Part shown: one piece after another, positions 24,111 to 36,183 of the stretch
Layout: each line of letters begins with the position of its first letter
Position numbering within the stretch: position 1 is the stretch's first letter
Assembly (NCBI GenBank): GCA_024679065.1
Contig: JAGIQG010000023.1
Coordinates: 10,354,001 to 10,418,000 of the forward strand
Reading direction: 5' to 3'
DNA: 64,000 nt
Source of the DNA: Sphyrna mokarran
Lineage: Eukaryota
Program-made: the position numbers and the translations under genes
The notes under the pieces: generated by a model
The model's input: the letters and a program-made list of their open reading frames with translations, nothing else
What the model was told of the DNA's origin: nothing
Database searches by the model: none

Positions 24111-24169
24111 GAAAACCGTTCCTGCTGCTTATTGCTCCTTTTTGTTTTTGTGTATCAGTTCCATTCAAT

Positions 24170-24340
24170 TCCTTCTGCCGTGAGCTGCCCATCTATTTAC
24201 TTTGGTCCAACTCCTTCTGGAACTTTGGAGTTGTTCTCGGCATTCCCACTGCTCCTCCCAGTTTGATATCTTCAGCAAATGTAATCAATTCACCTGGCGT
24301 TTGAGTCTGGGTTAATCGACTCAGAGAGAGTGGTCCCATG
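24170..24340 (-). mobile_element. Ancient CR1-like RT relic in the gene A 3' UTR
   Basis: Minus strand reads FAEDIKLGG..KFQKELD; shared with 58580-58750. Confidence 0.65.
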
Positions 24341-24782
24341 ATCAAGGTTTGTCACGTTCCACTTGGTACCCATCACCTCCCCACCTCACTTCACACCCCC
24401 CACCCCCCGGCCCTCCCAACCCCACTTCACCCCCTCCAACTCCAGCATACAATAATTTAACCAAGACAAAGAGCAGTTCATTTAAAACTGAGGTGTGAAG
24501 AAAATTCTTCTTGCAGAGGTTGGCAAATCTCTGGAATTTTTTTTACCCCAATGCGTAATGAAGGCTGGATCATTAGAAGTATTTAAAGTGGAGATGGATA
24601 AATATTTAATAGTTTGAGGAATAGAGGGCTCTGGGGAAATGACACAGAAAAGGACTTGAGATTAGCATAGATCAGCTATGATCATATTGAATGGTGGGAA
24701 GGGCTTAAGGGACACAGTAGCCACCATTGCTTCTATTTCTTGGTCCTTGTATCTGTGGATTGGTTGCTGTGTCTTCTACTTT

Positions 24783-24914
24783 ATGATGTAGAGATGCCGG
24801 CGTTGGACTGGGGTAAACTCAGTAAAGTTTTACAACACCAATTTTAAATCCAACCAATTTATTTGATAGTAAATTTGCGAGCTTTTGACTTTATAGCCTT
24901 CGTCAGGCAAATGC
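24783..24914 (-). mobile_element. Penelope pLTR fragment (family B) with TSD
   Basis: Matches the 3' part of the pLTR at 43545-43677; flanking direct repeat cttctactttat at 24773-24784 and 24915-24926. Confidence 0.85.
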
Positions 24915-25726
24915 CTTCTACTTTATAGCAGTGACTGTACTTCAAAAGTATTACATTGACAAATGATGTCTGGTGATCATAAAAAGCACGATATAAATGC
25001 ACAACTTTCTTTCCTTTAACACAAAAGGGAACAAATTTGGCTTCACATCTAACTCTTGTCTCCAAGACAGGGAGTTGTGCTTTAACTCTGAGATTGATTG
25101 TACAATTCAGACTGAACTTTCATTGCAGTACTGAGAGAATGCTGCATTGTCGGAATTGTCATTTTTGTTTTGGTTGGGACATTAACCTAAAATGCCTTCC
25201 GCTTCCTTAGCTCATTAAAAAAAATCCATCAGCATTATTCAAATAGTTCTCACAGTGAGAATTCTGTAACCAACGTCAATGGAATTGATAATCTGCTTTT
25301 TCATTTAATTTGGGATTCTTCATTGCATGATGCATATAAGCTACATCTCTCTATTTCAAAAATACTTCACTGGCCATGAAAGGCATTGTGTAAATTACAA
25401 GTTCCTCTTTTCTACTGAATTTCACTTTTTCATTGTGATAGTTTCTTATCAATTCCCAGCATTTACCCTGAACACTCAGAACTTTGGGTCAGATTATAAC
25501 TTCAGGGACTCTGGCAAATGCATTTTGAAAGTTATAAGGCTAACCAGGATAAATGAGGGAGATGCTTATCACTCAAAGAAGTTATGAAGGTTGGTTAGGC
25601 AATAGCTTCCAACATCAGTCGATGCTACTCTTAGTTATTATGCTACAGATATTTCTCAAGTTTACTCTGTACAATAACTTCTATTATTTGTCATAAATGG
25701 AAGTGAAACTAATGCTTTTGTAAGCC

Positions 25727-25732
25727 AATAAA
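25727..25732 (+). terminator. Candidate polyadenylation signal for gene A
   Basis: AATAAA about 1.6 kb after the stop codon, in non-repeat AT-rich sequence. Confidence 0.35.
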
Positions 25733-25804
25733 GTAATTTCTGAAAATGTTCCAGAGCCTTCAGGGGTCACACATGGGAACAGTTGTGAATCCAGTAACCA
25801 TCTG

Positions 25805-26767
25805 CACCGTAGCACCATGGTTAGCAGTGATGCCTCAAAACACCCAGGACATGGGTTCAATTCCAGTCTTGAGCAATAGAAATCATAGAAACCCTACGGT
25901 GCAGAAAGAAGCCATTTGGCCCATCGAGTCTGCACTGACCACAATCCCACTCGTTCACTACCCCCATATCCCTACGTATTTACCTACTAATAGCCTTTTT
26001 CCTAGGATGGAGAAAGCTAGCACGAGGGGACACAGCTTTAAATTAAGGGGTGATAGTTATAGGACGGATATCAGAGGCAGGTTCTTTACCCACAGGGTGG
26101 TTCGGGAGTGGAATGCCCTGCCTGCAGCAGTTGTAGATGCGCCAAGTTTGGTGGCGTTTAAGAGTTTAGTTGATAAGTATATGGAAGAGAAGGGAATGGT
26201 TTAGTTTGGAGGGGCATTGCTTTTTGTATTGGTCGGCGCAACATCGAAGGCCGAAGGGCCTGTTCTGTGCTGTAATGTTCTATGTTCTATGTTCTAATTC
26301 CTCTAACCTACACATTTCAGAGCGCTAAGGGGCAATTTTAGTATGGCCAATCAACCTAACCCGCACATTTTTTGGAATGTGGGAGGAAATCGAAGCACCT
26401 AGAGGAAACCCACGCAGGCATGAGGAGAATGTGCAAACTCCACACAGTCAGTATTCCAAGCCAGGAATCGAATCCAGTTCCCTGGAGCTGTGAAGCAGCA
26501 GCATTAACCACTATGCTACTGTGCCATCCAATAGTTTGCATGGAATTAGTAAATTCTCTCCATTCTGCATGGGCTTAACCTGGATTCTTTAGTTTCCTCT
26601 CACAGTCCAAAGATGCACAGGCTAGTTTGATTGGCCATGCTAAAATTGCCACTTAGTGTCAGGGGGGTGAGTAGAATAAATATGTTGGGTTAAGGAGGCC
26701 TAGGTGGGACTGATGTCAATGCAGGTTTGATGGGCTGATTGGCCTCCTTCTGCACTGTAGGGATTGA
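25805..26767. mobile_element. Nested SINE(+) / SINE(-) / CR1(+) cluster
   Basis: A + SINE is split by a - SINE (about 25876-26530), which is split by a CR1 3' end (about 25993-26295). Confidence 0.8.
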
Positions 26768-27074
26768 AACAGTATGAATCTATCTCATCGGCTATCACAA
26801 AAGACTTCACTTGAGGTTGGCCCTAAAAACAGCATTCATATGGTTGGGATAGAGCAGGAAAAAATCATCGACAAAGTAGCAAAATGGGGGGTGGGATGAT
26901 TCAATCATGGGCAAAGCACCCACTAGGGTTACCAACCCTCCAGAATTGGCCTGGAGTCTCCAAGAATTGAAGCTCAATCTCCAGGATACTGCCATGTCCC
27001 TGGAGAAAAATCATCAGCGTATTTAACAGATAGAAAAATGTTGAAAACAGGCTGGTTGACTGACAGCCAAGCAT

Positions 27075-30000
27075 CATAGAACATTATAGCGCAGTACAGG
27101 CCCTTCGGCCCTCAATGTTGAGCTGACCAATGGAACCAATTTTATGACCCTCTATCCTAAATTATTCCAATGCTATCCATATGCCTATCCACTGACCATT
27201 TGAATGCCTTTAAACTTGACGAGTCCACAACTACTGTAGGCAGGGCATTCCATGCCCTTACTACCCTCTGAGTAAAGAACCCACCTCTAGCATCTGTCCT
27301 ATAACTACCACCCCTTAATTTAAAGCTATGTCCCCTTGTGTTAGCCATCACCGCCCAAGGAAAAAGGCTCTTACTGTCCACTCTATCTAATTCTTTGATC
27401 ATCTTGTCTGCCTCAAGTAAGTCACCTCTTAACCTTTTTCTCTCTAATGAAAACCATCTCAAGTCCCTCAGCCTTTCCTCATAAGACCTTCCCACCATAC
27501 CAGGCAACATCCTGGTAAACTTCCTCTGTACCCTCTCCAATGCTTCCACATCTTTCTTATAATGCGGTGATCAGAACTGTACACAATACTCCAAGTGCGG
27601 CCATGCCAGAGTTTTGCGCAGCTGCAACATGATTTCATGGCTCCGAAATTCAATCCCTCTATCAGTAAAATCTAATACACCATATACCTTCTTAAAAACC
27701 TTATCAACCTGGGTGCCAACTTTCAGGGATCTATGCACAAGTACACCGAGATCTCTCTGTTCATCCACATTACCAAGAGTCTTTCCATTAGCCCAAAACT
27801 CTGTAGTCCTCTTACTCCTTGCAAGGTGAATCACCTCACACTTTTCCGCATTAATCTCCATTTGTCACCTCTCAGCCCAGCTCTGCAACTTATCTATGTC
27901 CCTCTGCAAACTGTAACATCCATCCTCCCTGTCTACAACTGCTCCGACTTTAGCGTCATCCACAAATTTACTAACCCATCCTTCTACACCCTCATCTAGG
28001 TTATTTATAAAAATGACAAACAGCAGTGGCCCCAAAACAGATCCCTGCGGTACACCACTAGTAACTGAACTCCAGGTTGAATATTTCCCATCAACCACCA
28101 CCCTCTGTCTTCTATCAGCTAGCCATTTCCTGACCAAACTGCTAAATCACCCTCGATCCCATACATCCATATCTTCTGCAGTAGCTTACCATGGGGAACC
28201 TTATCAAATGTTTTGCTGAAATCCATATCAACCACATCAACAGCTTTACCCTTATCCACCTCTTTGGTCACCTTCTCAAAGAACTCAGTAAGGTTTGTGA
28301 GGTACAACCTACCCTTCACAAATCTGTGTTGATTACCCCTAACCAAATTATTTCTCTCCAGATGATTATAAACCCTATCTTTTATAATCCTTTCCAAAAC
28401 TTTGCCCATAACAGAAATAAGGCTCACCGGTCTATAATTCCCAGGATGATCTCTACTTCCCTTCTTGAGCAAGGGAACAACATTTACTATCCTCCAGTCT
28501 TCCACACTATACCTGTAGCCAATGCTGACATAAAGATCACAGTCAAAGGTTCTGCAATCTCCTCCCTCGGCTCCCAGAGAATCCTAGGATTAATCATACT
28601 TTTCATACTTTCAAGAATTGCTAACACCTCCTCCTTATGTACCTCAATCCCGTCTAGTCTACAACCCTGTATCTCAGTATTCTCCTTGACTACATTGACT
28701 TTTTCCTGCATGAACACTGACAAAAAATATTCATTTAGTGCCTCTCTTATCTCTTCAGGTTCCATGCACAACTTCCCACTACTGTTCCTGACTGGCCCTA
28801 ATCTTGCCCTAATCCATCTTTTATTTCTGATATACCTCCATCTTTTATTTCTGGTTCTCCTTCAGCCAAAGTCTTCTCATGTCCTCTTCTGGCTCTTCTT
28901 AACTCTCTCTTTAGTTCCTTCCTGGATAATTTGTAACTCTCCAGTGCCCTAACTGAGCCTTTATGTCTCATCTTTACGTAAGTCTCCTTCCTCTTCACCA
29001 GAGATTCAACTTCCTTAGTAAACCACGGTTCCCTCACTTGACCACTTCCTCCCTGCCTGACAGATACGTATTTATCAAGGACTCACAGTAACTGCACCTT
29101 GAACAAGCTCCACATTTCAATTGTTCCCATCCCCTGCAGTTTCTTTCTCTAACCTATGTATCCTAAATCTCGCCTAATCACCTCATAATTTCCTTTCCCT
29201 CAGCTATAACCTCTGCCCTTCGGTATATATTTATCCCTTTCCATCACTAAGGTAAATGTAAGTGAATTGTTTTCACTATCACCAAAGTGCTCACCTACCT
29301 CCAAGTTTAACACCCGGTCTGGTTCATTACTCAATACCAAATCCAATGTGGCCTTGCCTATTGCTGGCCTATCCACATACTGTGCAGGAAACCTTCCTGC
29401 ACACACTGGACAAAAATTGGCCCCTTTAACGCATAGAAACTATAACTTTTTCACTCAATATTTGTAAAGTTAAAGTCCCCAATAACAACTACCCTGTTAC
29501 TTTCGCCCCTATCCAGGGTCATCTTTGCAATCCTTTCCTCTACGTCTCTGGATCTTTTTGCAGCAGCATGACCTCTCCTTTTCCTGTTTCTAATCTCAGC
29601 TCATACTACCTCAGTAAATGAGTCCTCATCAAACATCCTTTCTGCCACTGTAATACTGTCCTTGACTAACAACGCCACACCTCTCCCTCTTTTACCACTT
29701 TCCCTGCTCTGACTGAAATATCTAAACCCCGGAACCTGCAACAACCATCCCTGTCCCTGCTCTAGCCAAGTCTCCGAAATGGCCACAGCATCGAAGCCCC
29801 AGGTACCAACCCAGACTGCAAGTTCACCCATCTTATTACGTATGCTCTTAACATTAAAGTATACACACTTCAAACCATCTTCCCAACTGCCAATACACTA
29901 CTGCAACCGTGAAGCGTTATCCATGACCTCCCTATTCTCAACCTCCTGCACATTGGAGCTACAATTCGGGTTCGCATCCTCTTTCTGAATCAGTTTAAAC

Positions 30001-30455
30001 CTTTCCGAAGAGCATTGGCAAATTTTCCCCTCAAGATATTGGTACCCCTCTGGTTCAGGTGTAGACCATCCCTTTTGTAGAGGTTCCCACCTACCCCAGA
30101 ATGAGCCACAATTGTCCAGGTATCTGAAACCGCACCCCCCACCCCACACCATCCCTTTAGCCACAAGTTCAAACGCTCTGTCTTTCTCTATTGTTCTCCT
30201 CACTATCCCGTGACATGGGTAACAAACCAGGGATAATAACTCTGTTTGCTTTAGCCCTAAGCTTCCACCCTATCTCCCTGAATTTCTGTGTTACATCACC
30301 ATCCCTTTTCCTACCTATGTCCTGGGTGCCTACGTGAACCACGACTTGCGGCTGGTTCTCCTCCCACTTAAGAATCTCAAACACATGATCGGAGACATCA
30401 CGGACCCTGGCATCTGGGAGGCAACATACCAACTGCAAGTCTTGCCTGTTCCCAT
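27075..30455 (-). mobile_element. CR1 LINE with degenerate ORF2 (APE + RT) and partial ORF1 esterase
   Basis: ORF1 VCCLPDARVRDV..VVVHVGTQDIG..RDGLHLN; APE CVYFNVKSIRNK..AISETWL; RT NYRPVSL, GVPQGSVLGP, KFVDDAKVG; frameshifted. Confidence 0.95.
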
Positions 30456-30835
30456 CGTCCAATTGGATGGGATTCTTCGCCCTCCCAACTGCGTGTTTCT
30501 TGGTGACTGTAGTTGGAGGGGTTGGTGGTGGGAGGCAGTGGGCAGGAGGGCAGTGCTGAAATTTGAGGCCGTGGGATCTTCTGGTTCTGTCATTGGCAGT
30601 GGGAATTCCCATTCAAACCACCCCATGCCTCTGGGAAGGGGCCATGTCACAGACAGGACCAGAAAATCCCTCAGGCATGAACAGCCTGCGGATTCCAGTC
30701 TGAGTCTTATATCTTTCCAATTTCTGTAGGGAGACAGCACATTGCAAGTATGGATATGTTGGCCAAATGATGGCCTGGAGCTTTGGGGCAAGTCATGTGA
30801 CTACACCTCCTGGAATACACCTCATCATGATTGTT

Positions 30836-31080
30836 AGGTCATGCTAAATTCACCCTCAGTGACCCAAACAGGCACTAGAGCATGGCAGTCCAAAGATGTG
30901 CGGGTTAGGTTGATTGGCCATGCTAAGAAATTGCCCTTAATATCTAGGGATGCGTAGGTTAGAGGGATTAGTGGATATAATTTGTAGGGAAACGGGGGTA
31001 GGGCCTGGGTAGGATTGTGTTGGCTGTAGACTCCATGGGCCGAAGGGCCTCTTTCTGCACTGTAGGATTCTATGATCATG
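30836..31080 (+). mobile_element. V-SINE 3' portion
   Basis: ccaaagatgtgcgggttagg..ctgtaggattctatga. Confidence 0.75.
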
Positions 31081-31381
31081 GCATTTTCACAGTAACCTCA
31101 TTGCTGTGTCAATGTAAGCCTACTTGTGACACTAATAAATAATGATAAATAAACAAACTAAGGGGCTAGGCTGCCAAATCTCTCCCAATTCCCACCATGA
31201 TAGTGCTGGAAATTTCTGGCTTTAGTCTCTGGAAAGGAGAACTCCACTCATTGTAACCCCCCTTCCAGCAGCAACTGTCGACAGGTCAGCAAGGACACAG
31301 ATAAAGAGCTGTACTACCTATTGCAAAGGTAACTGGACCCCAGTGAGGACAATATTCAACTGACATCTCCGTTGTCGAGGA

Positions 31382-32931
31382 ATGATGTGGAGATGCCGGC
31401 TTTGGACTGGGGTAAACACAGGAAGAAGTCTCATAACACCAGGTTAAAATCCAGCAGGTTTATTTGGTATCATGAGCTTTCAGAGTGCTGCTCCTTCATC
31501 AGTTGAATGGAGAAGTAGGTTTACAAACATGGCATATATAGACGAAGGACACAATTACAAGATAATAGTTGGAATGGAGTCTCTTCAGGTAATCAAGTCA
31601 TTACAGATGCAAACAATATGAGTGGAGAGAAGGTTAAACACAAGTTAAACAGGTGTGAATTATCTCAAGCCAAGACAGCTAATAAGATTTTCTGAGCCCA
31701 GGCTAATGATGGGAGTTGCATGAAGTCCTGTACTCATGCATACTATCAATTTTGCTCAGTGTTTCTGCGCTGTCATGTGTCTTGAAGGCCATATGGAAGA
31801 ATATGGAAGATATGGAATATGGAAGAAGAGGCTGAATGCCCTTGACTGCTGAAGTGTTCCTGGAATGGAAGGCAACTATCCTGCTTGATGATTGTCAAGC
31901 AGTGTCCATTCATATATTGTCATAGCGTCTGCATGCTTTCACCGATGCATCATGCCTCGGGACATCCTTTCCTGCAGCGTATCAGGTAGAGAACATTGGC
32001 TGAGTTGCCTGAGTATGTACCATGTACCTGGTGAATGATGTTCTCATTTGTGATGGTAGTATCCGTGTCGATGATCCAGCATATCTTGCAGAGGTTACTA
32101 TGGCAGGGTTGTGTGGTGTCGTGGTCACTGTCCTCTTGAAGGCTGACTAGTTTGCTATGGACAATGGCCTATTTGAAGTTGTGCAGTTGTTTGAAGGCAA
32201 GAAATAGGGCTGTGGCAATGTGTTAATCTTCATCAATGATAGGATGAAAGCTCCAAAGAACATGTTGTAGTTTCTCCACCCCAAGGAAGTACTGGACAAC
32301 GAAGCATTGGTCATGTCCTGTGTTCGTTTTCTGAGGAGACCAGTGTGGTTTTTCGCTGTGGCGTGTCAGAACTGTCGATCTATGAGTCGAGCACCATATC
32401 CCATTTCAAACATGGTCATCTTTCAGTGTGTGTAGATGTCTGTTGCATTCCTCCTCATCTGGAAAGATCCTGTGTGTATGGAAGGCTTGTCCATAGGGAA
32501 TGGCTTCTTTAACATGTTTAGGCTGGAAGCTGGAGAAGTGGAGCATCGTGAGGTTATCCATGAACTTGTTGTAGAGTGAAGTGCTGAGGTGACCGGCTTT
32601 GATGGAGGTGCACGTATCCAAAAATGCAAGTGATTCTGGAGAGTCGTCCATGGTAACTCTAATGGTGAGATAGAACTTGTTGATGTCATTATGTAGTCAT
32701 TTTAGTGACTGTTTATCATGTGTCCAAAGGAAGAAAATGTCATCGATGTATCTTGCAATTATGTCTTTGTCTATATATACCTGTGTTTGTGAAATCTACC
32801 TCTACATTCACCTGATGAAGGAGAGCGCTCCAAAGGCTCGTGATTCAAAATGAACCTGTTGGGTTTTAACATGGTATTGTGTGACTTTTAACTATGCACA
32901 CCCCAGTCCAATGCCGACATCTCCACATAAT
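31382..32931 (-). mobile_element. Penelope-like element (family A): degenerate RT/GIY-YIG flanked by inverted pLTRs
   Basis: AFLDTCTSIK..LYNK..HVKEAIPYGQA; inverted repeats at about 31382-31563 and 32749-32931. Confidence 0.9.
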
Positions 32932-33375
32932 CATTAACCCAGCAGCCCACCCATTGCGCACAATTCCTGGGAAGGTAAACCCCTGGGTCAGGCTGATCTA
33001 CAGATTGTGGGTGGATCACTGAACCATTCCAGATCAAATAGGATCTACATCCCACTGGGGGGAGGAACTCCATAGCAGGGCCTTGCCTTGTTATTGTTCA
33101 TTTGAGGGACAGACATTTAAAATGGCGTTCAGTTCACAACTGCCAGAATATGGTTATCACACAGGAGAAAACTCTTTTGACATTTTACAGGAATTTGAAC
33201 TATTTAGTCAGATGTTCATCGGGTTGTGAACAAAAACTGAATTAGCTGTTTCAGTGTGAATCTAATCAACATCCTGAAGGAGAGATGTGAATTTTGAGCT
33301 CAACGTTTGCACAATGATTTGTCAGCGGATTATAGCCTGAGTGTGGCTGAGAATGTTTCAGGGGGTCTACACAAA

Positions 33376-33867
33376 GGGCTCGATTTTACCATTTTACTTC
33401 TGGGTGCTGGACAAACCTGAAGCTGGAAATGTTTCAGATCCAGCTTTTGGGCCCGTTCTCAGGCACCCCCGTACGCACTCCATCTGAAAAAAAAATCAGC
33501 GATTCCGAATTGCTGGGCTTGACCCGATCAAAACGTTGCAGCTCCGATCATCATCCCCAACCACGCACGCAGAGTAAAAAAAATGAGAAAAATGCTCCCT
33601 CCCGGGCCGGATAATGCCTCCTCCCCTAGCCCCCAGCAGACATTGCCCCACCCTCACAACATAACTGACCCTCTTACCACCCCCCCCACCCCCCCATGCA
33701 AATGCATTTAAATTGACATCGCACCTGTTCCAGGTGGCCATTTTAGGCTCTTGATCAAGGGGGAATCTGTGGGAAGGTGGTCATGGATTGTGTTACTCAC
33801 TTTACGCCCGACTTTAGTAAGTTTTCGTGCCCGAAAATGGGCACAAGTTGATGGTAAAATAAGACCC
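33376..33867. mobile_element. Non-autonomous DNA transposon (MITE, possibly Harbinger-type)
   Basis: TIRs gggctcgattttaccat / atggtaaaataagaccc; CpG-rich interior. Confidence 0.6.
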
Positions 33868-34751
33868 AGTGGGTCATTCTGACACAGATTGAGACAAATC
33901 AAAGCTGGGGATTGAAGATCAGGCCCAGAATGATGCCTATCTCCCAATAACTTCCCCAATTCTCATTCTGGCAGAGGAGCTCTTTGACTTTCTGGTTCAG
34001 AAAGAATCACTGAGTGAAGAAAAAGCAACAGCTGCTGGAATGTTCTCGCACTGAGCACCACTTCAGTCTCTGGCTCATTCACTTCAGCAGAGTTCCCCTG
34101 CATTCCTCACCCTGAATTAGACAGGGTTTGAGAAGCGATTTGGAAACAACTCCCCATCAGTTGGTGAAATACATGACTGTGTCGGCGAAAATGGACAGGC
34201 AGATTAAACAGATTTAACCATTGATATTCTCTTTCTCCACATCACACCTGAACATTTCCAAATTTACTGCAAGTTATCTGACACAGAGCATTCAATCTCA
34301 TTCAAACTGTTCAAACCCCTGAATATCAAAGACATTAGAACGGATCCTCCAATCCTAGTAATTTTGAGTCAATATTCAATACAACGTGATCTGAGAACAG
34401 CCACAGGAAGGGGACAGGTGCAAGGAGAATAAAACATAAATTCAAGCTTCTCAGACCCTTCTCGGAACTGGGGTAATGAAAGACACCAACGGACTCATTT
34501 TGAACCAGAGTAGAATGAAGGAGGGGCAAAAGAGAAATTAATGATTCCAATAAATCAGGGCCAAGAAATAGGTACAGGCACCAGAGAGGCATTCCAAACT
34601 CAACTCCTGACTCTCATTCTTTTGATGTGACAGCAGAGACTTAAAGTGCTTGATGACAGAGGCTCGGACTTTAGATCACCAAATGTTCCAAGTTTTCCAG
34701 TGGAGTTTACCCAGGGTACCAGACACATTTCCCAGTACAGAGCACATCACC

Positions 34752-35025
34752 AGGTAGCACAATGGTTAGCACTGCTGTCTCACTGTGCCAGGGAACCGGG
34801 TCTGATCCTTAGCTTTGGTCACTGTTTATTGTGATGTCAGCACATTCTCCCATGTTTGCATGGGTTTCTTCCCACACTCCGAAATATGTGCATCGGCCAT
34901 GCTAAATTCTCCCTCAGTGTACCTGAACAGGAGCCAGAGTGTGGCAACTGGGAGATTTTCACACTAACTTCATTACAATGTTAACGTAAGCCTACTTGTG
35001 ACTAATAAATATAAGCTTAAACTTT
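34752..35025 (+). mobile_element. V-SINE, alternative-tail subfamily
   Basis: Head and tail present; absent at the paralogous site near position 95. Confidence 0.8.
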
Positions 35026-35235
35026 AGGTTCTTGCTGAGTCAATCAGATTCAATCTCTTCCCATGTCTCGGAGTTTCCCTTCAGATCAGGGAATTTATTT
35101 GGACATATTGTGTCAAGACACACAGAGCTGATGGCTGGGGTTTAGCTAGTTTAATATTCTCATTGGTTGAAGAAAGTGTCATTCTCCAGCCTCACCCACC
35201 ACCAACTACATTAAGAGAAATACACAGCCCATGTC

Positions 35236-35592
35236 GGGGTGGCACAGTAGCACAGTGGTTAGCACTGCTGCTTCACAGCTCCAGGGACCTGGGTTCAATT
35301 CCCGGCTTGGATCACTGTCTGTGTGGAGTTTGCACATTCTCCCTGTGTCTGCGTGGGATTCTTCAGAGTGCTCCAGTTTTGTCCCACAGTCCAAAGATTT
35401 GTGGGTTAGGTTGATTAGCCATGCTAAAATTGCCCCTTAGTATCTTGAGATGAGTAGGTTAGCGGGATTAGCGGGTAACTATGTAGGGATGTGAAGGGGG
35501 GGGGGTTTGGTGGGCAGGTAGGGCCTGGGTGGGATTGTGGTTGGTGCAGACTTGATAGGCCATATGGCCTATTTCAAGACTGTAGGGATTCT
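35236..35592 (+). mobile_element. Full-length V-SINE, CR1-type tail
   Basis: A/B-box-like head, core and tail. Confidence 0.88.
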
Positions 35593-36005
35593 GTATCAGG
35601 GAGTTGAGAACAACTATCATCACATTGGAGCAGTTTGTCAATCACAATTTACTTACACCCAGAGTCTTCTCTCTGTGAATTGAAGTTCCTATCTGCCTCA
35701 GAATGTGTTTATGTGTCTGATAAATGGAACAATGGGGGTTGTTCTATCTGATATCAAGCAGCTCAGATCTCTTCACCCTGACAGAATTGTTCCTCGTCAC
35801 CAACAACAAGATTGAGATTAAAACAAAATATTAATAAAACATGCCTCACAATTCAGTAGAAGTAATAAGCCTGAGTCACCAACAGCCATCTTCATACCGC
35901 TGCTTTATTTTTCACTCTCTCAATGTAAGCCGGTGTAGTTGTTTTGTTAGATATGACTAACAAAAGTTCAAGATCTTACGAGCCAGATTCCATTATTTGG
36001 CTCAC

Positions 36006-36030
36006 TGTGGTTATGTGACATAATTTCCTG
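36006..36030 (+). promoter_or_regulatory. Putative RUNX + ETS composite element upstream of gene B
   Basis: TGTGGTT-N10-ATTTCCTG, as in gene A. Confidence 0.5.
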
Positions 36031-36146
36031 CTGGCTCCTTCCCCATTTTAAATTCCTTCTACAATTCATATTAAATACTTATTTCAGCGTGAGGCACAGG
36101 AGCTGGGGGACTGATGACAAGCACTGATCTGATCTCCAACAAAACA

Positions 36147-36183
36147 ATGTGGAGTTTGATTCTGCTCATTTGCTCTCTGTCCG
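36147..36183 (+). CDS. Gene B exon 1, signal peptide MWSLILLICSLS
   Basis: acaATG start, donor G|gtgagt; homologous to 3868-3904. Confidence 0.88.

Noticed and set aside
28191-28952. 253-aa plus-strand ORF
   Set aside because: Antisense shadow of the CR1 RT region
35236-35310. tRNA genes
   Set aside because: The tRNA-like A/B boxes are SINE heads fused to a core and tail
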